A stretch of DNA of 64,000 bases from assembly GCA_044345055.1 (NCBI GenBank), contig JBIJBT010000001.1, positions 1,956-65,955 of the forward strand, written 5' to 3'. Shown here piece by piece: positions 8,999 through 18,341 of the stretch; position 1 is the first letter of the stretch, and each line of letters starts with the position of its first letter. The position numbers and the translations under genes were made by a program. The DNA is from Bdellovibrionota bacterium (GTDB taxonomy: Bacteria > Bdellovibrionota_C > UBA2361 > OMIW01). Under the pieces are notes generated by a model that was not told where the DNA came from, did no database searches, and saw nothing but the letters and a program-made list of their open reading frames with translations.

Positions 8999-10666
8999 AT
9001 GAGACGTCGATATCCTGAAAAATCAAATGTGCTTCTCGTGAACATTACTCGACTGGGCGATATGCTCCAGGCGACTCCAACAATTGCGGGTATTAAGCGC
9101 GAAAATCCAGGATGTAAAATTACAGTTGTTGTCGAAAAACAATTTCAGGAGGTATGTAGGTGGATTCCTGATATTGATGAGGTCATATCTCTTGATTTGA
9201 CGTATGTGGTTAAGTGTCTCCACAGAGATGGAGAGGGAGTTGTTGAGGCCTATCGCTATTTCCACGAAATTATAGAGGATCTTCGGAGCCGTAAATTCGA
9301 TTACTCACTCAATATGGCCTCATCCGCCTACACTGCGCTCATTCTTTCACTCGTTGGCACGCCGAGGATGGGAGGTTGGACGGCGGATGAAGAGGGACAT
9401 CGTCGGATAGAATCCGATTGGGCTCGCCTCTTTGCAAGCTCAGTATTTCACCAGAATCGACATTACACGGCGCTGAATCTCGTTGATGTATTTCGATTGA
9501 GCGCCGATGTGATAGACCACCCACATAACCTAGTGCTCCGGGTATCCGATGAGGCAAGAAAGAGCGCGGCTGCTCTTGTCGAAGAGTTCGCTTTCACGAA
9601 TAAAGGCCCTCTTATAGCGATTCAGGTAGGTGCAAGTCAGGCAAAGCGGCAATGGCGAACCGAAAAATTTGTGTCACTAATTCAGAAGTTGCTTGATGAC
9701 ACAGGAGCGCGAATTGTTCTAACGGGGACTAAAGCGGAGTTGGGAATAATTGACCCGATTGTAGCAGCGGTTGATTCGCCTAATGTCGCGGTTGCTGCGG
9801 GAAGAACGAGCATCCCTGAGCTCGCAGCGCTTCTTGAGATGAGTGATATTTTGATCACCGGTGATACCGGAACGATGCATATTTCGGTTGCAGTAGGAAC
9901 GCCCGTTATCTCGATGTTCCTCGCATCTGCTCTCGGGTATGAAACAGGACCCTACGCAGAGGATAGTATCGTCATTCAACCTTTCATCGGATGCGGTCCG
10001 TGTCATCCGGGTAAGCCGTGCAGCACTATAGAGTGTCACGATCTGATTCCACCCTCTGTAATTAGCGAGCTTACGCGATTGCGATTGCTTGGTCCGATCG
10101 ACTCAATCCCACGCGAATTGAGCGAACCAGCCTCATATCGGATATTTCGGACAACTTTTGATGAACACGGTGTTTGGGATCTCGTTTCTCTTGATCCTTT
10201 TGACCTAGATCCTGCATCTCCATATCGAGAGGCTTATCGCCGCCTGTGGTTGGAGGACCTGGGTGGACTTAAAACAGGCCGTCGTTCGAGACCTTCTCGG
10301 CGAGCCCTACGCACCATCGATGGTACGTTCTCGTCTAGCGGAGAGCTTGAGGAGCTGCGATTATGTGCTCTTAAGGGTTTGTCGCTTCTCGATGAGCTGA
10401 CTCTAGCTGTGAACGATCTCTTCGGGGATCCGGAGCGTCTAACTGAGGTAGCAGATAAGTTAGAGGGAGTTGACCAAGAAATAGAGCGGCTTGGATATCA
10501 CCATTCCTATTTGGGATTGCTAGTTCGGATGTTTGTTTTTTCGAAGGAAAATTTGCAGGGATCTGAGATAGTCGATCTCTCTGTTCAGATGCGTTCGGTG
10601 TATGAAGATCTGATTCGGCGCTCCGAGCTTTTGGGCGGCTTTATTGTTGATGAGTTAAGGGGATAA
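8999..10666 (+). CDS. Glycosyltransferase family 9 (ADP-heptose heptosyltransferase-like) with a ~190-aa C-terminal extension of unknown function
   Basis: GT9 N-terminus NVLLVNITRLGDMLQATPTIAGIKRENPGCKITVVVEK. Donor-binding region ILITGDTGTMHISVAVGTPVISMF. Cys4 cluster CGPCHPGKPCSTIEC. WaaC/WaaF enzymes are ~320-350 aa; this one is 555 aa. Confidence 0.75.
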   Translation: MRRRYPEKSNVLLVNITRLGDMLQATPTIAGIKRENPGCKITVVVEKQFQEVCRWIPDIDEVISLDLTYVVKCLHRDGEGVVEAYRYFHEIIEDLRSRKFDYSLNMASSAYTALILSLVGTPRMGGWTADEEGHRRIESDWARLFASSVFHQNRHYTALNLVDVFRLSADVIDHPHNLVLRVSDEARKSAAALVEEFAFTNKGPLIAIQVGASQAKRQWRTEKFVSLIQKLLDDTGARIVLTGTKAELGIIDPIVAAVDSPNVAVAAGRTSIPELAALLEMSDILITGDTGTMHISVAVGTPVISMFLASALGYETGPYAEDSIVIQPFIGCGPCHPGKPCSTIECHDLIPPSVISELTRLRLLGPIDSIPRELSEPASYRIFRTTFDEHGVWDLVSLDPFDLDPASPYREAYRRLWLEDLGGLKTGRRSRPSRRALRTIDGTFSSSGELEELRLCALKGLSLLDELTLAVNDLFGDPERLTEVADKLEGVDQEIERLGYHHSYLGLLVRMFVFSKENLQGSEIVDLSVQMRSVYEDLIRRSELLGGFIVDELRG

Positions 10667-10670
10667 GACG

Positions 10671-11279
10671 ATGGTATCAGTGCGTATCGATGGTGAGCAT
10701 AGTTCGATAAACGGAGAGCATTTACCCCGTCTTATTGATCTAGTTGAGGTGATTAAGGACTGTATCGTCCCTGGTCACATGATTACGGGATTATTAATTG
10801 ATGGCCGCGTTTTAGCTGATCAAGACTGGGATCTTGCACCACGCCATTTTGGAAATGTAACTCTTGATGTATCGACAGGTTCCCCAGCTCGTTACATTTA
10901 CGACAAAATGTCCACCGCCCCAGAGGTGATCGATAACTGCTTCTTAGTGTTTCGGGAGACCCGAAAAGCATTTGTCGAGGGAAGCAGTCAGTCCGGTAAT
11001 GATCTTTTGCGTGCGGCTGTAGCTAATATGCAGGCTTTTGTTGGATGGTATCGATCAATGTTGGAGTTAATGCCCGACGACCAAAAGCGCAGATTTTGCA
11101 TCGATGATGAGATTACGGCGATGATCGGGACTCTCGAGCGAATATGCATGCAGCAGCTCACTCAGTCATGGAAAGCCACTGGCGATACAATCGGAACTGT
11201 TCTCGAGCCGCAGCTCGACACGCTTCATACTAGACTTCGTCTTATTGTTGCCAAAGAACCGGTGGTGACGGTTCCATAG
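10671..11279 (+). CDS. Hypothetical protein, translationally coupled to the preceding GT9 gene (4-nt gap)
   Basis: 202-aa ORF with no recognisable motif. Same strand and tightly packed with 7166-10666. Confidence 0.45.
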   Translation: MVSVRIDGEHSSINGEHLPRLIDLVEVIKDCIVPGHMITGLLIDGRVLADQDWDLAPRHFGNVTLDVSTGSPARYIYDKMSTAPEVIDNCFLVFRETRKAFVEGSSQSGNDLLRAAVANMQAFVGWYRSMLELMPDDQKRRFCIDDEITAMIGTLERICMQQLTQSWKATGDTIGTVLEPQLDTLHTRLRLIVAKEPVVTVP

Positions 11280-11523
11280 TTGAAAAACCGCACTTCCTGA
11301 AGGTCTTCCTTGAGCGGTCTTCTGAAAGACTAGAGCCTTGTAATAGAACGCATATTGATTCCTGTTAGTGCTATTTAGCTTGGGTGGGGGTTGTGCGGTC
11401 TCCCCATTTTGCCTGAAAATGTAGGTGATTTGAGCCTGTCGCTGGTGACCTTAAGGTTTGATACCTCGGGGTAATTTATCAGAGAGGCTTTGGATCTTGT
11501 TCTGATTTGATGGAGGAATTGCG

Positions 11524-11874
11524 ATGCGATGCGAGATAAAACTAGGAAAGAATCTGAGTTCAGATCCTGTTCGTGAGCACTTTGCGAAGCAGCTCAAGGA
11601 ACTGTCCCCCCGCTTTGATCGGATCGTTCGTCACCTCATCATATCCGCCAAAGATATTAATGGCCCACGGGGTGGTCTCGATAAGGAGTGCATCATTTTT
11701 GCCTATTTAAACTCCGGTAAATCGGTCCGAATTTCCGCTCGGTCCTCGGATCTTTATCAAGCCGTTGACCTCGTTGTTGAAAAGGCAAAAGTACGCTTGG
11801 CGTCCCTGAAGGTCTATGCGATATCCCAACGTAGACCAGTCCTTCGTAATCAGGGACCTGAGCAGTTTGCCTAA
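11524..11874 (+). CDS. hpf: Ribosome hibernation promoting factor / RaiA (YfiA) family, short form
   Basis: Aligns along its length with E. coli HPF: FAKQLKELSPRFDRIVRHLIISAK...ECIIFAYLNSGKSVRISARSSDLYQAVDLVVEKAKVRLASLK vs FAKLEQYFDRINQVYVVLKVEK...[38 protein letters not shown]. Confidence 0.8.
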   Translation: MRCEIKLGKNLSSDPVREHFAKQLKELSPRFDRIVRHLIISAKDINGPRGGLDKECIIFAYLNSGKSVRISARSSDLYQAVDLVVEKAKVRLASLKVYAISQRRPVLRNQGPEQFA

Positions 11875-11940
11875 AGTCTTGGCAACGACAATTGCGGTTT
11901 TTAGCGTAATTGCAATTGGGAGGTAGTGGGGTAGCAGTAT

Positions 11941-12120
11941 TACTCCCTTCCTCACTCCCTCCCAAAGTACCCATCCTCCTTCCTTCTGTCCCCTCCTTGT
12001 TAGCCCCCCCAGATCTCCTCATTCGGCGTTGCTGCGCCGCTCCGATAATGTTATCCTCCCGCCCAACTTCGCACCCGCACGGGTTTGGTCTCTGACTTCT
12101 CCTTTTTTGGAGGCCGAGAC
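11941..12120 (+). repeat. ~180-nt polypyrimidine (C/T >80%) tract in the hpf-rpsB intergenic region / rpsB 5' leader, with repeated CCTCC/TCCTT units
   Basis: Read directly: tactcccttcctcactccctcccaaagtacccatcctccttccttctgtcccctccttgttagcccccccagatctcctc... Immediately preceded by a purine-rich GGGAGGTAGTGGGGTAG segment that can pair with it. Responsible for the artefactual ORFs 11910-12095 (+) and 11693-12022 (-). Confidence 0.6.
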
Positions 12121-12227
12121 TTAAGCTCAGTCTTAGTCGTTTCGCACCGTTGCCATCGTTAGAGGCTCGGGTAAGGAATGTCGACGCGGGGAGGATTAAC
12201 TAAGACAACAAATAGAAAAGGATTGTT

Positions 12228-13154
12228 ATGTCTGAAACAACTACAAATGCTGAATCGTCGGCTGCTGGAGAAGCTTCTGGGGCGCAGGTCGCCTTTGCTC
12301 AGGCTCTCGAAGCAATGCAAACAACCTCCACACCAGTTAGTGTCCGCTCACTCATCGAGGTAGGGGCTCACTTTGGACACCAAACTGAGCGGTGGAACCC
12401 GAAGATGATGAAATACATCTTCGGAGAAAAAAACGGCGTACATATCATCAACCTTGATAAGACGATTGAGGCGTGGACTCGAGCAAGCAAGTTCATCTTC
12501 GAAACGGTTGCACGTGGGGGAAATATCCTTTTCGTGGGAACAAAGGTGCAGGCCCGAGAACCGGTTAAAGAAGAAGCTGCTCGATGCGGGGGGCACCACG
12601 TTACTTCGCGATGGCTCGGAGGAACTCTCACCAATTTTCAAACTATCAGAAATTCGCTGAACCGCATGAGCAAGCTTGAGGAGCTTCTCGCTGCGGCTGA
12701 AAATCCAAATTCCGACGTTAAGCTACGCAAAAAAGAGCGTTTGACGATATCCCGCCAGCTCGAAAAACTCGAAGCTAACCTCGGCGGTATTCGTTCGATG
12801 AAGAGCGCACCGGAAGTGATGTTTGTGATCGATCTCAACAAAGAAGACATCGCGATTCGCGAAGCACAGCGGCTCAACATTCCGGTCGTTGCTCTAACTG
12901 ACACAAACGTGGATCCAGGGACAATCGCGTTCCCGATACCAGCAAACGATGACTCTTCCCGGACCCTCCGATTGTTCCTATCCGCAATTGCAGATGTCGT
13001 TATTCATGCCCGTAAGGTTCATCAATCCCGCAGCGGCCGAGGTGATGAATCGCAAGGCGGACGAGGTCGCTCCGGTCGGGGTGGCGCAGGTTCTGCCGGT
13101 CAGAGCAACGAGCAATCGAAAGAGAGCTCTGACGCAAGCCAAACCCAGCCTTAA
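12228..13154 (+). CDS. rpsB: 30S ribosomal protein S2, with Arg/Gly/Ser-rich C-terminal tail
   Basis: VSVRSLIEVGAHFGHQTERWNPKMMKYIFGEKNGVHIINLDKT...VGTK...TNFQTIRNSL, the canonical S2 core. Confidence 0.95.
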   Translation: MSETTTNAESSAAGEASGAQVAFAQALEAMQTTSTPVSVRSLIEVGAHFGHQTERWNPKMMKYIFGEKNGVHIINLDKTIEAWTRASKFIFETVARGGNILFVGTKVQAREPVKEEAARCGGHHVTSRWLGGTLTNFQTIRNSLNRMSKLEELLAAAENPNSDVKLRKKERLTISRQLEKLEANLGGIRSMKSAPEVMFVIDLNKEDIAIREAQRLNIPVVALTDTNVDPGTIAFPIPANDDSSRTLRLFLSAIADVVIHARKVHQSRSGRGDESQGGRGRSGRGGAGSAGQSNEQSKESSDASQTQP

Positions 13155-13198
13155 GGGTTTAAGTCCGACCCTAAGTCTCGCTATCGATTGTTTAGGCA

Positions 13199-13233
13199 AT
13201 GTAGGTGGTACCTAGTGTGGGCCCATCTACATT
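13199..13233 (+). terminator. Inverted repeat (AATGTAG...CTACATT, 7-bp arms) followed by a T-rich run in the rpsB-tsf spacer; possible attenuator
   Basis: aatgtaggtggtacctagtgtgggcccatctacatt then ccgataaatatttta. Partial termination between rpsB and tsf is known in E. coli. Confidence 0.25.
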
Positions 13234-13318
13234 CCGATAAATATTTTAGAGGCGCACGTTTAGGGCTAAGAAATTCCAGAACAGACGTTCAGGGTTCAAA
13301 CGTTAAAGGATAAAGAAG

Positions 13319-13975
13319 ATGAGCGAAGTAACAGCATCGATGGTAAAGGATCTCCGGGAAATGACCGGAGCGGGGATGATGGATTGTAAAAAAGCGCTCG
13401 CCGAAGCAAATGGTTCGCTCGAGGCGGCGGTTGAGGTTCTCCGAAAGAAGGGGCTCAAGGATATCGGTAAACGAGCGGGCCGTACGGCAGCAGAGGGAAC
13501 CGTTGGTACCTACGTTCATGCAAACGATCAGATCGTTGCCCTTGTTGAACTAAATTGCGAGACCGATTTCGTAGCCCGTGGCGATGATTTTAAAGAGTGC
13601 GCTCGCGGAATCGCGATGCACGTTGCCGCAATGAAGCCGCTCTACCTCTCGAGCGAAGAGGTACCTAGCGCAGTTATCGAGAAAGAAAAAGAGATCTTCC
13701 TCGAACAGCTATCCGACGCTCAGAGAGCGAATGCCGAAAAAATTCTCCCTGGTAAGTTGGCGAAGTTCTTTGAAGAGAGCTGTCTCCTTGAACAACCTTA
13801 CGTTAAGGATGATTCAGGTAAGAAAGCGGTCAAGCATATCGTTGAGGAGCTCAGCATCAAGTGTGGTGAAAAGGTGACTGTGCGACGGTTTGTTCGATTC
13901 GAAGTGGGCGAGGGGATCGAAAAGCAGAAGGCTGACCTAGCGAGTGATGTTGCTGCTCTAACAGAGGGGGCGTAA
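13319..13975 (+). CDS. tsf: Elongation factor Ts (short form, ~218 aa)
   Basis: [45 protein letters not shown]-like N-terminus. [17 protein letters not shown] core motif. Confidence 0.95.
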   Translation: MSEVTASMVKDLREMTGAGMMDCKKALAEANGSLEAAVEVLRKKGLKDIGKRAGRTAAEGTVGTYVHANDQIVALVELNCETDFVARGDDFKECARGIAMHVAAMKPLYLSSEEVPSAVIEKEKEIFLEQLSDAQRANAEKILPGKLAKFFEESCLLEQPYVKDDSGKKAVKHIVEELSIKCGEKVTVRRFVRFEVGEGIEKQKADLASDVAALTEGA

Positions 13976-13979
13976 CACC

Positions 13980-14723
13980 GTGGCAGTAGAACAGACAACG
14001 ACCTATCGCAGGATTCTTCTCAAGCTGAGTGGTGAGATCTTAGCTGGAGATAAGGGCTTTGGTATAGACCCGAGCGTAATCGGCCGTCTTGCAGACGAGG
14101 TCGTGTCTGTTCATGGAATGGGTGTAGAGATTGGACTTGTCATCGGGGGTGGAAATATCTTTCGAGGAGTCCAGGCAGGAGCTCAGGGGCTTGATAGAGC
14201 CTCGGGCGACTACATGGGGATGTTGGCGACATCGATAAACGCACTTGCGATTCAGGATATCCTTGAGCAGAGGGGAGTCCCGACGCGGGTATTATCAGCG
14301 ATAGAGATGAGGGAGATCGCTGAACCATATATTCGTCGGCGTGCACTGCGTCATCTTGAGAAAGGGCGAGTCGTCATATTTGCCTGTGGAATAGGAAATC
14401 CCTATTTTACAACAGATACTGCCGCCAGCTTGCGAGCACTTGAGATTGGTGCTGAAGTGCTGCTAAAAGGGACAAAGGTTGATGGAGTTTACGACCGTGA
14501 TCCCAAAAAGGATCCATCAGCGACCCGCTATGAAGAGGTCTCTTTTATGGAGGCACTGCAGAAGGGGCTCAAGGTGATGGATGCAGCGGCTATTTCGCTC
14601 TGCATGGATAACGACCTACCAATAGTGGTGTTTGACATCGGGGTCGAGGGAAATCTTAATCGCTTAGTTCGTGGTGAGCGCATCGGTTCGATGGTACGGG
14701 GACCGAAGGGGAGCACTGCATGA
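13980..14723 (+). CDS. pyrH: UMP kinase (GTG start)
   Basis: [11 protein letters not shown]...[12 protein letters not shown]...[16 protein letters not shown]...[25 protein letters not shown], canonical PyrH. Confidence 0.95.
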   Translation: MAVEQTTTYRRILLKLSGEILAGDKGFGIDPSVIGRLADEVVSVHGMGVEIGLVIGGGNIFRGVQAGAQGLDRASGDYMGMLATSINALAIQDILEQRGVPTRVLSAIEMREIAEPYIRRRALRHLEKGRVVIFACGIGNPYFTTDTAASLRALEIGAEVLLKGTKVDGVYDRDPKKDPSATRYEEVSFMEALQKGLKVMDAAAISLCMDNDLPIVVFDIGVEGNLNRLVRGERIGSMVRGPKGSTA

Positions 14724-14729
14724 GTAGAA

Positions 14730-15302
14730 ATGCATGAGTTGAACTGTATGAGTGGAATTGCAAAAGAGCTTGAATCACAAGGGAAGGCAACAGTAGAGCA
14801 TTTTCGGAAGGAGCTTCAGAAGGCGCGGACTGGTCGTGCCCAATCGAGCCTTCTTGATGCTATACACGTTGATTATTACGGATCTAGTGTGCCTCTTATT
14901 CAGCTTGGATTAATTAATACTCCAGAGCCGAGAGTTATCACTGTTCAGGTATATGATGCGGCTGCGGTTGAAGCGGTCGATAAGGCTATCCGGCAGGCGA
15001 ATATCGGATTGAATCCTCAAAGAGAGGGTTCGCTCCTTCGAATGAATATTCCAGCGCTAACAGAGGAGCGTCGCAAGGAGATCATAAAGGGTCTTCATAA
15101 GTTGGCGGAGGAGTCGCGGGTGGGGATACGCTCTCACCGTCGCGAGGCGATTGATGGGATTAAGAAGCGGGAGAAGGCTAAGGAGTTCTCCGAAGATGAG
15201 GTTCGTCGGCTTCAGGATGAGATACAGAAAGTCACCGACAAACAGATAGCTGAGATTGATACGTTGCTTTCGGCGAAGGAGCGAGAGCTTACTGAGGGGT
15301 AA
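14730..15302 (+). CDS. frr: Ribosome recycling factor
   Basis: KARTGRAQSSLLDAIHVDYYGSSVPLIQLGLINTPEPRVITVQVYD...LNPQREGSLLRMNIPALTEERRKEIIK. Confidence 0.9.
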   Translation: MHELNCMSGIAKELESQGKATVEHFRKELQKARTGRAQSSLLDAIHVDYYGSSVPLIQLGLINTPEPRVITVQVYDAAAVEAVDKAIRQANIGLNPQREGSLLRMNIPALTEERRKEIIKGLHKLAEESRVGIRSHRREAIDGIKKREKAKEFSEDEVRRLQDEIQKVTDKQIAEIDTLLSAKERELTEG

Positions 15303-15326
15303 TGCGCAGCCGATAGAGGCTCGCTC

Positions 15327-16088
15327 GTGGTCCAGATTGGGGATGAGAAGATGACTGTGGTCCTTGACCCTGAACGAATACCCCAGCACATCGCTTGCAT
15401 CATGGACGGCAATGGGCGGTGGGCGCGTCAGAGAGGGCTCCCTAGGGTTGAGGGGCATCGAGCGGGAGCCAAAACCGTACGGATGGTGGTAGAGGAGTGT
15501 AGGCGTCTTGGGGTTAAGTACCTCACCCTATTTGCGTTTTCCTCAGAAAATTGGAAGCGACCTGATCAGGAGGTCGGCGCCCTCATGGGGCTATTCCATC
15601 GCTATTTGAATGCCGAGCTTGATAGGTTGTGTGAAAACGATATCCGGTTGCGGGTGATCGGGGATAGGACGCGACTACCGGAGTATGTGCTTGACAGTCT
15701 CGTTCGAGCAGAAGAGCGGTCGCAAGTTCATGGCGGGATGCAGCTAATTCTCGCGGTATCGTATGGAGCGCGAGACGAAATTATCGGAGCTGCTCGATCG
15801 CTTGCTGCTCGTGTTGAGCGGGGAGATATTCGGGTCGACGAGATCGATGAGGCGATCTTTTCTTCGGCGCTCTATACCAAAGACATACCAGATCCTGATC
15901 TTCTAATCCGAACCAGCAACGAGTTTCGTATCTCTAACTTTCTATTGTGGCAACTCGCGTATTCCGAGATCGTCGTGAGTGAGCTATTGTGGCCTGAATT
16001 TTCGGCCGAAAAGCTGCACGAGTGTATCTACGCATATCAACGTCGAGAGCGGAGGTTCGGTCTTACCTCAGAGCAAATAAAGCGCTAA
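15327..16088 (+). CDS. uppS: Ditrans,polycis-undecaprenyl-diphosphate synthase
   Basis: PQHIACIMDGNGRWA...LTLFAFSSENWKRP...IRTSNEFRISNFLLWQLAYSE. Confidence 0.9.
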   Translation: MVQIGDEKMTVVLDPERIPQHIACIMDGNGRWARQRGLPRVEGHRAGAKTVRMVVEECRRLGVKYLTLFAFSSENWKRPDQEVGALMGLFHRYLNAELDRLCENDIRLRVIGDRTRLPEYVLDSLVRAEERSQVHGGMQLILAVSYGARDEIIGAARSLAARVERGDIRVDEIDEAIFSSALYTKDIPDPDLLIRTSNEFRISNFLLWQLAYSEIVVSELLWPEFSAEKLHECIYAYQRRERRFGLTSEQIKR

Positions 16089-16101
16089 TAACAGAGGTTT
16101 T

Positions 16102-17004
16102 ATGACAGATATTGCTCCCGCTACGGCCTCGCCGCATTCATCCGACCTCCGCATCCGAACAATCACCGCAGTTGCCATGGTGACTGTGATCATTTCGTTA
16201 TTTATTTTTGCGGCATTTTCTCCCGAGCAAGGTGGAGTGATACTTTCAACGGCGGCGGGAATAGTTGTTGCTCTTGCTGCGGGGGAAGCTTCGGTGCTAG
16301 TCCTCAAACGCCACGGCGGTGCAGTGGGATGGTGGTTTGGCCTCGTTTCTTTGCTCGTTTTTTCTATTCAGCTCACCCGCATTTTTCGTGGAGAGCTGCT
16401 ATTTGGTGAGGCAACAGGAAGGGAGAGTCTTGTTGTGGGGGTATTGAGCGGCATTTTGTGCGCAGTTCCTGCTATCTGTGCGCGCTCTAGGTCCATAGTT
16501 GATATTGAGGCGATAATCGCCGCTGCCGCGATTCAGGGACTTCTTATCATTGGCGGAGGGGTTCTGATGATCTCTCTGGTTGGTAATGGAGCAATCTTTT
16601 TTCTTATGATTTTTTCTGTTGCAGCGAACGATATTGCTGCCTACGCGGCGGGAAGAAAGTTTGGTGGCCCCCGCATCGCCCCGGTGGCATCTCCGAAAAA
16701 AACTTTCTCTGGAGCAATTGCTGGGCTTCTTGGTGGTACGGTGGTGTGGGGATTTGGGGTGTTTCTCCTCCCCTGGATCCGATTTGGAGAGGCGTTTGCC
16801 GCGGCTCCAAATCTCAACTCTTGGTGGGTAGCTATACCGATTCTTGTTGGAGCTCAGCTTGGCGATATCGCAAAATCGCTTCTCAAAAGAGGAGTGGGTG
16901 TGAAAGATTCAGGCTCGCTTTTGCCCGGTCACGGAGGTTTTCTCGATAGGATCGATGGAATACTTGGCGCTTTGGTAGTGGTCAGTCTTTTGTGCCATCT
17001 TTAG
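16102..17004 (+). CDS. cdsA: Phosphatidate cytidylyltransferase
   Basis: Polytopic membrane protein. C-terminal CTP-transferase signature KRGVGVKDSGSLLPGHGGFLDRIDG. Confidence 0.85.
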   Translation: MTDIAPATASPHSSDLRIRTITAVAMVTVIISLFIFAAFSPEQGGVILSTAAGIVVALAAGEASVLVLKRHGGAVGWWFGLVSLLVFSIQLTRIFRGELLFGEATGRESLVVGVLSGILCAVPAICARSRSIVDIEAIIAAAAIQGLLIIGGGVLMISLVGNGAIFFLMIFSVAANDIAAYAAGRKFGGPRIAPVASPKKTFSGAIAGLLGGTVVWGFGVFLLPWIRFGEAFAAAPNLNSWWVAIPILVGAQLGDIAKSLLKRGVGVKDSGSLLPGHGGFLDRIDGILGALVVVSLLCHL

Positions 17005-17031
17005 TGCGACGACGAATGGGTCGAGGTTGGT

Positions 17032-18231
17032 TTGGATTTCCATCGAGGAGGAGGGATGAAAAAGGTTATCATACTTGGAGCAACGGGCTCGATAGGCTCC
17101 TCAAGCCTTTCGATTATTAGGCAATTTCCTGAGCAGTTTTGCCTATTGGGAATTAGTGCACATACAAACAGCGAGGGACTCGCGGGTATTGCTGGTGAGT
17201 TTAATCCTCCCTTCGTTGCGTTGGCTGATGAATCTCGGGTGTCTGTTTTTCGTGAGCGTCTCCCCTCGTATCAGGGAGAAATTCTTGTTGGAGAAGCGGG
17301 GCTGTGTGAATTAGCTTCGAGCGATGATGCAGATATCGTGATCGCAGGTATCGTGGGAGTTGCTGGACTTCGCCCCGTTGAGGCTGCGTTGCGAGCGGGA
17401 CGGCGGGTTCTTCTTGCAAACAAGGAGAGTCTCGTGTGTGCGGGTGAGCAGCTCACGAATATCGCGAAAACTTGCGGAGGGACACTTCTTCCGATTGATA
17501 GCGAACACTCGGCGATTTTTCAGCTCCTTGAGGGGCGAACTGAGGGCGACCTTGCCTCGATAACATTGACTGCCTCAGGAGGACCGTTCTGGCAAAAGGA
17601 TCGGCAATTTCTCGCGGGAGTTACTCCAGAGCAGGCGGTAAGGCATCCGCGATGGAGTATGGGTGCCAAGATATCAATCGATTCGGCGACATTGGTTAAT
17701 AAGGCGCTCGAGCTGATTGAGGCGGCGTGGTTCTTTAATCTTACCGAGGACCGAATCGGAATCGTCATTCACCCCGAGAGCATTATACATTCGCTCGTTA
17801 GTTTTCAGGATGGAACCCAGTTTGCGCAGCTATCTGTTCCCGACATGTGTGGACCAATAGGGTATGCAATGGCGTATCCGGGGCATCGCCTGCGCGGAGT
17901 GATGAAACCGTTGCGTCTTGGGGAGATAGGTGCTCTCACCTTCGCGCCGATCGATAATGAACGATTCCCCGCACCGGCACTTGCAAGAGATTGCCTTCGC
18001 TCCGGTGGAAACGCCTCTGCTGTATTTAATATCGTTAATGAGGGTGCGGTTGCGCTCTTTACGCAGGGCTTGTTGCGATTCGTTGATATTGTTCCTCTGA
18101 TTGAGCGAGGGGTCGCGCGATTTTTCGAACCATCCGCACCCTCTGTCGAGGAGATTATTGATCTTACTCGGCGATTGCTTGCCTGGGTCGAAGAGGAAGG
18201 GCCTCGACACACGGGGGGGTCACTTTCGTGA
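17032..18231 (+). CDS. dxr: 1-deoxy-D-xylulose 5-phosphate reductoisomerase. Start possibly at the internal MKKVIILG.
   Basis: ILGATGSIGSSSL NADPH motif. LANKESLV, DSEHSAIFQ, SGGPF and HPESIIHSLV motifs all present. Confidence 0.9.
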   Translation: MDFHRGGGMKKVIILGATGSIGSSSLSIIRQFPEQFCLLGISAHTNSEGLAGIAGEFNPPFVALADESRVSVFRERLPSYQGEILVGEAGLCELASSDDADIVIAGIVGVAGLRPVEAALRAGRRVLLANKESLVCAGEQLTNIAKTCGGTLLPIDSEHSAIFQLLEGRTEGDLASITLTASGGPFWQKDRQFLAGVTPEQAVRHPRWSMGAKISIDSATLVNKALELIEAAWFFNLTEDRIGIVIHPESIIHSLVSFQDGTQFAQLSVPDMCGPIGYAMAYPGHRLRGVMKPLRLGEIGALTFAPIDNERFPAPALARDCLRSGGNASAVFNIVNEGAVALFTQGLLRFVDIVPLIERGVARFFEPSAPSVEEIIDLTRRLLAWVEEEGPRHTGGSLS

Positions 18232-18341
18232 CCCAGAGGGGTGCGGCATACTTAAAGGGAAGTTTAGATTTCGGCCTAGAAGGAGTATCGAGGGGCTTTG
18301 CCCTTTAGATCCGCGACGGCCATTTTTTTGTGTGAGTATTC

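Noticed and set aside
11280-11523. Sigma-54 (-24/-12) promoter upstream of hpf
   Set aside because: hpf is often RpoN-linked, but the closest candidate (TGGTGACC...GGTTTGA) does not fit TGGCAC-N5-TTGC spacing. No rpoN is adjacent.
11910-12095. 61-aa plus-strand ORF (and overlapping minus-strand ORFs 11693-12022, 11707-11955) in the hpf-rpsB spacer
   Set aside because: They are produced by the low-complexity polypyrimidine tract (Pro/Ser/Leu-rich translations) and sit in the rpsB leader. More likely non-coding.
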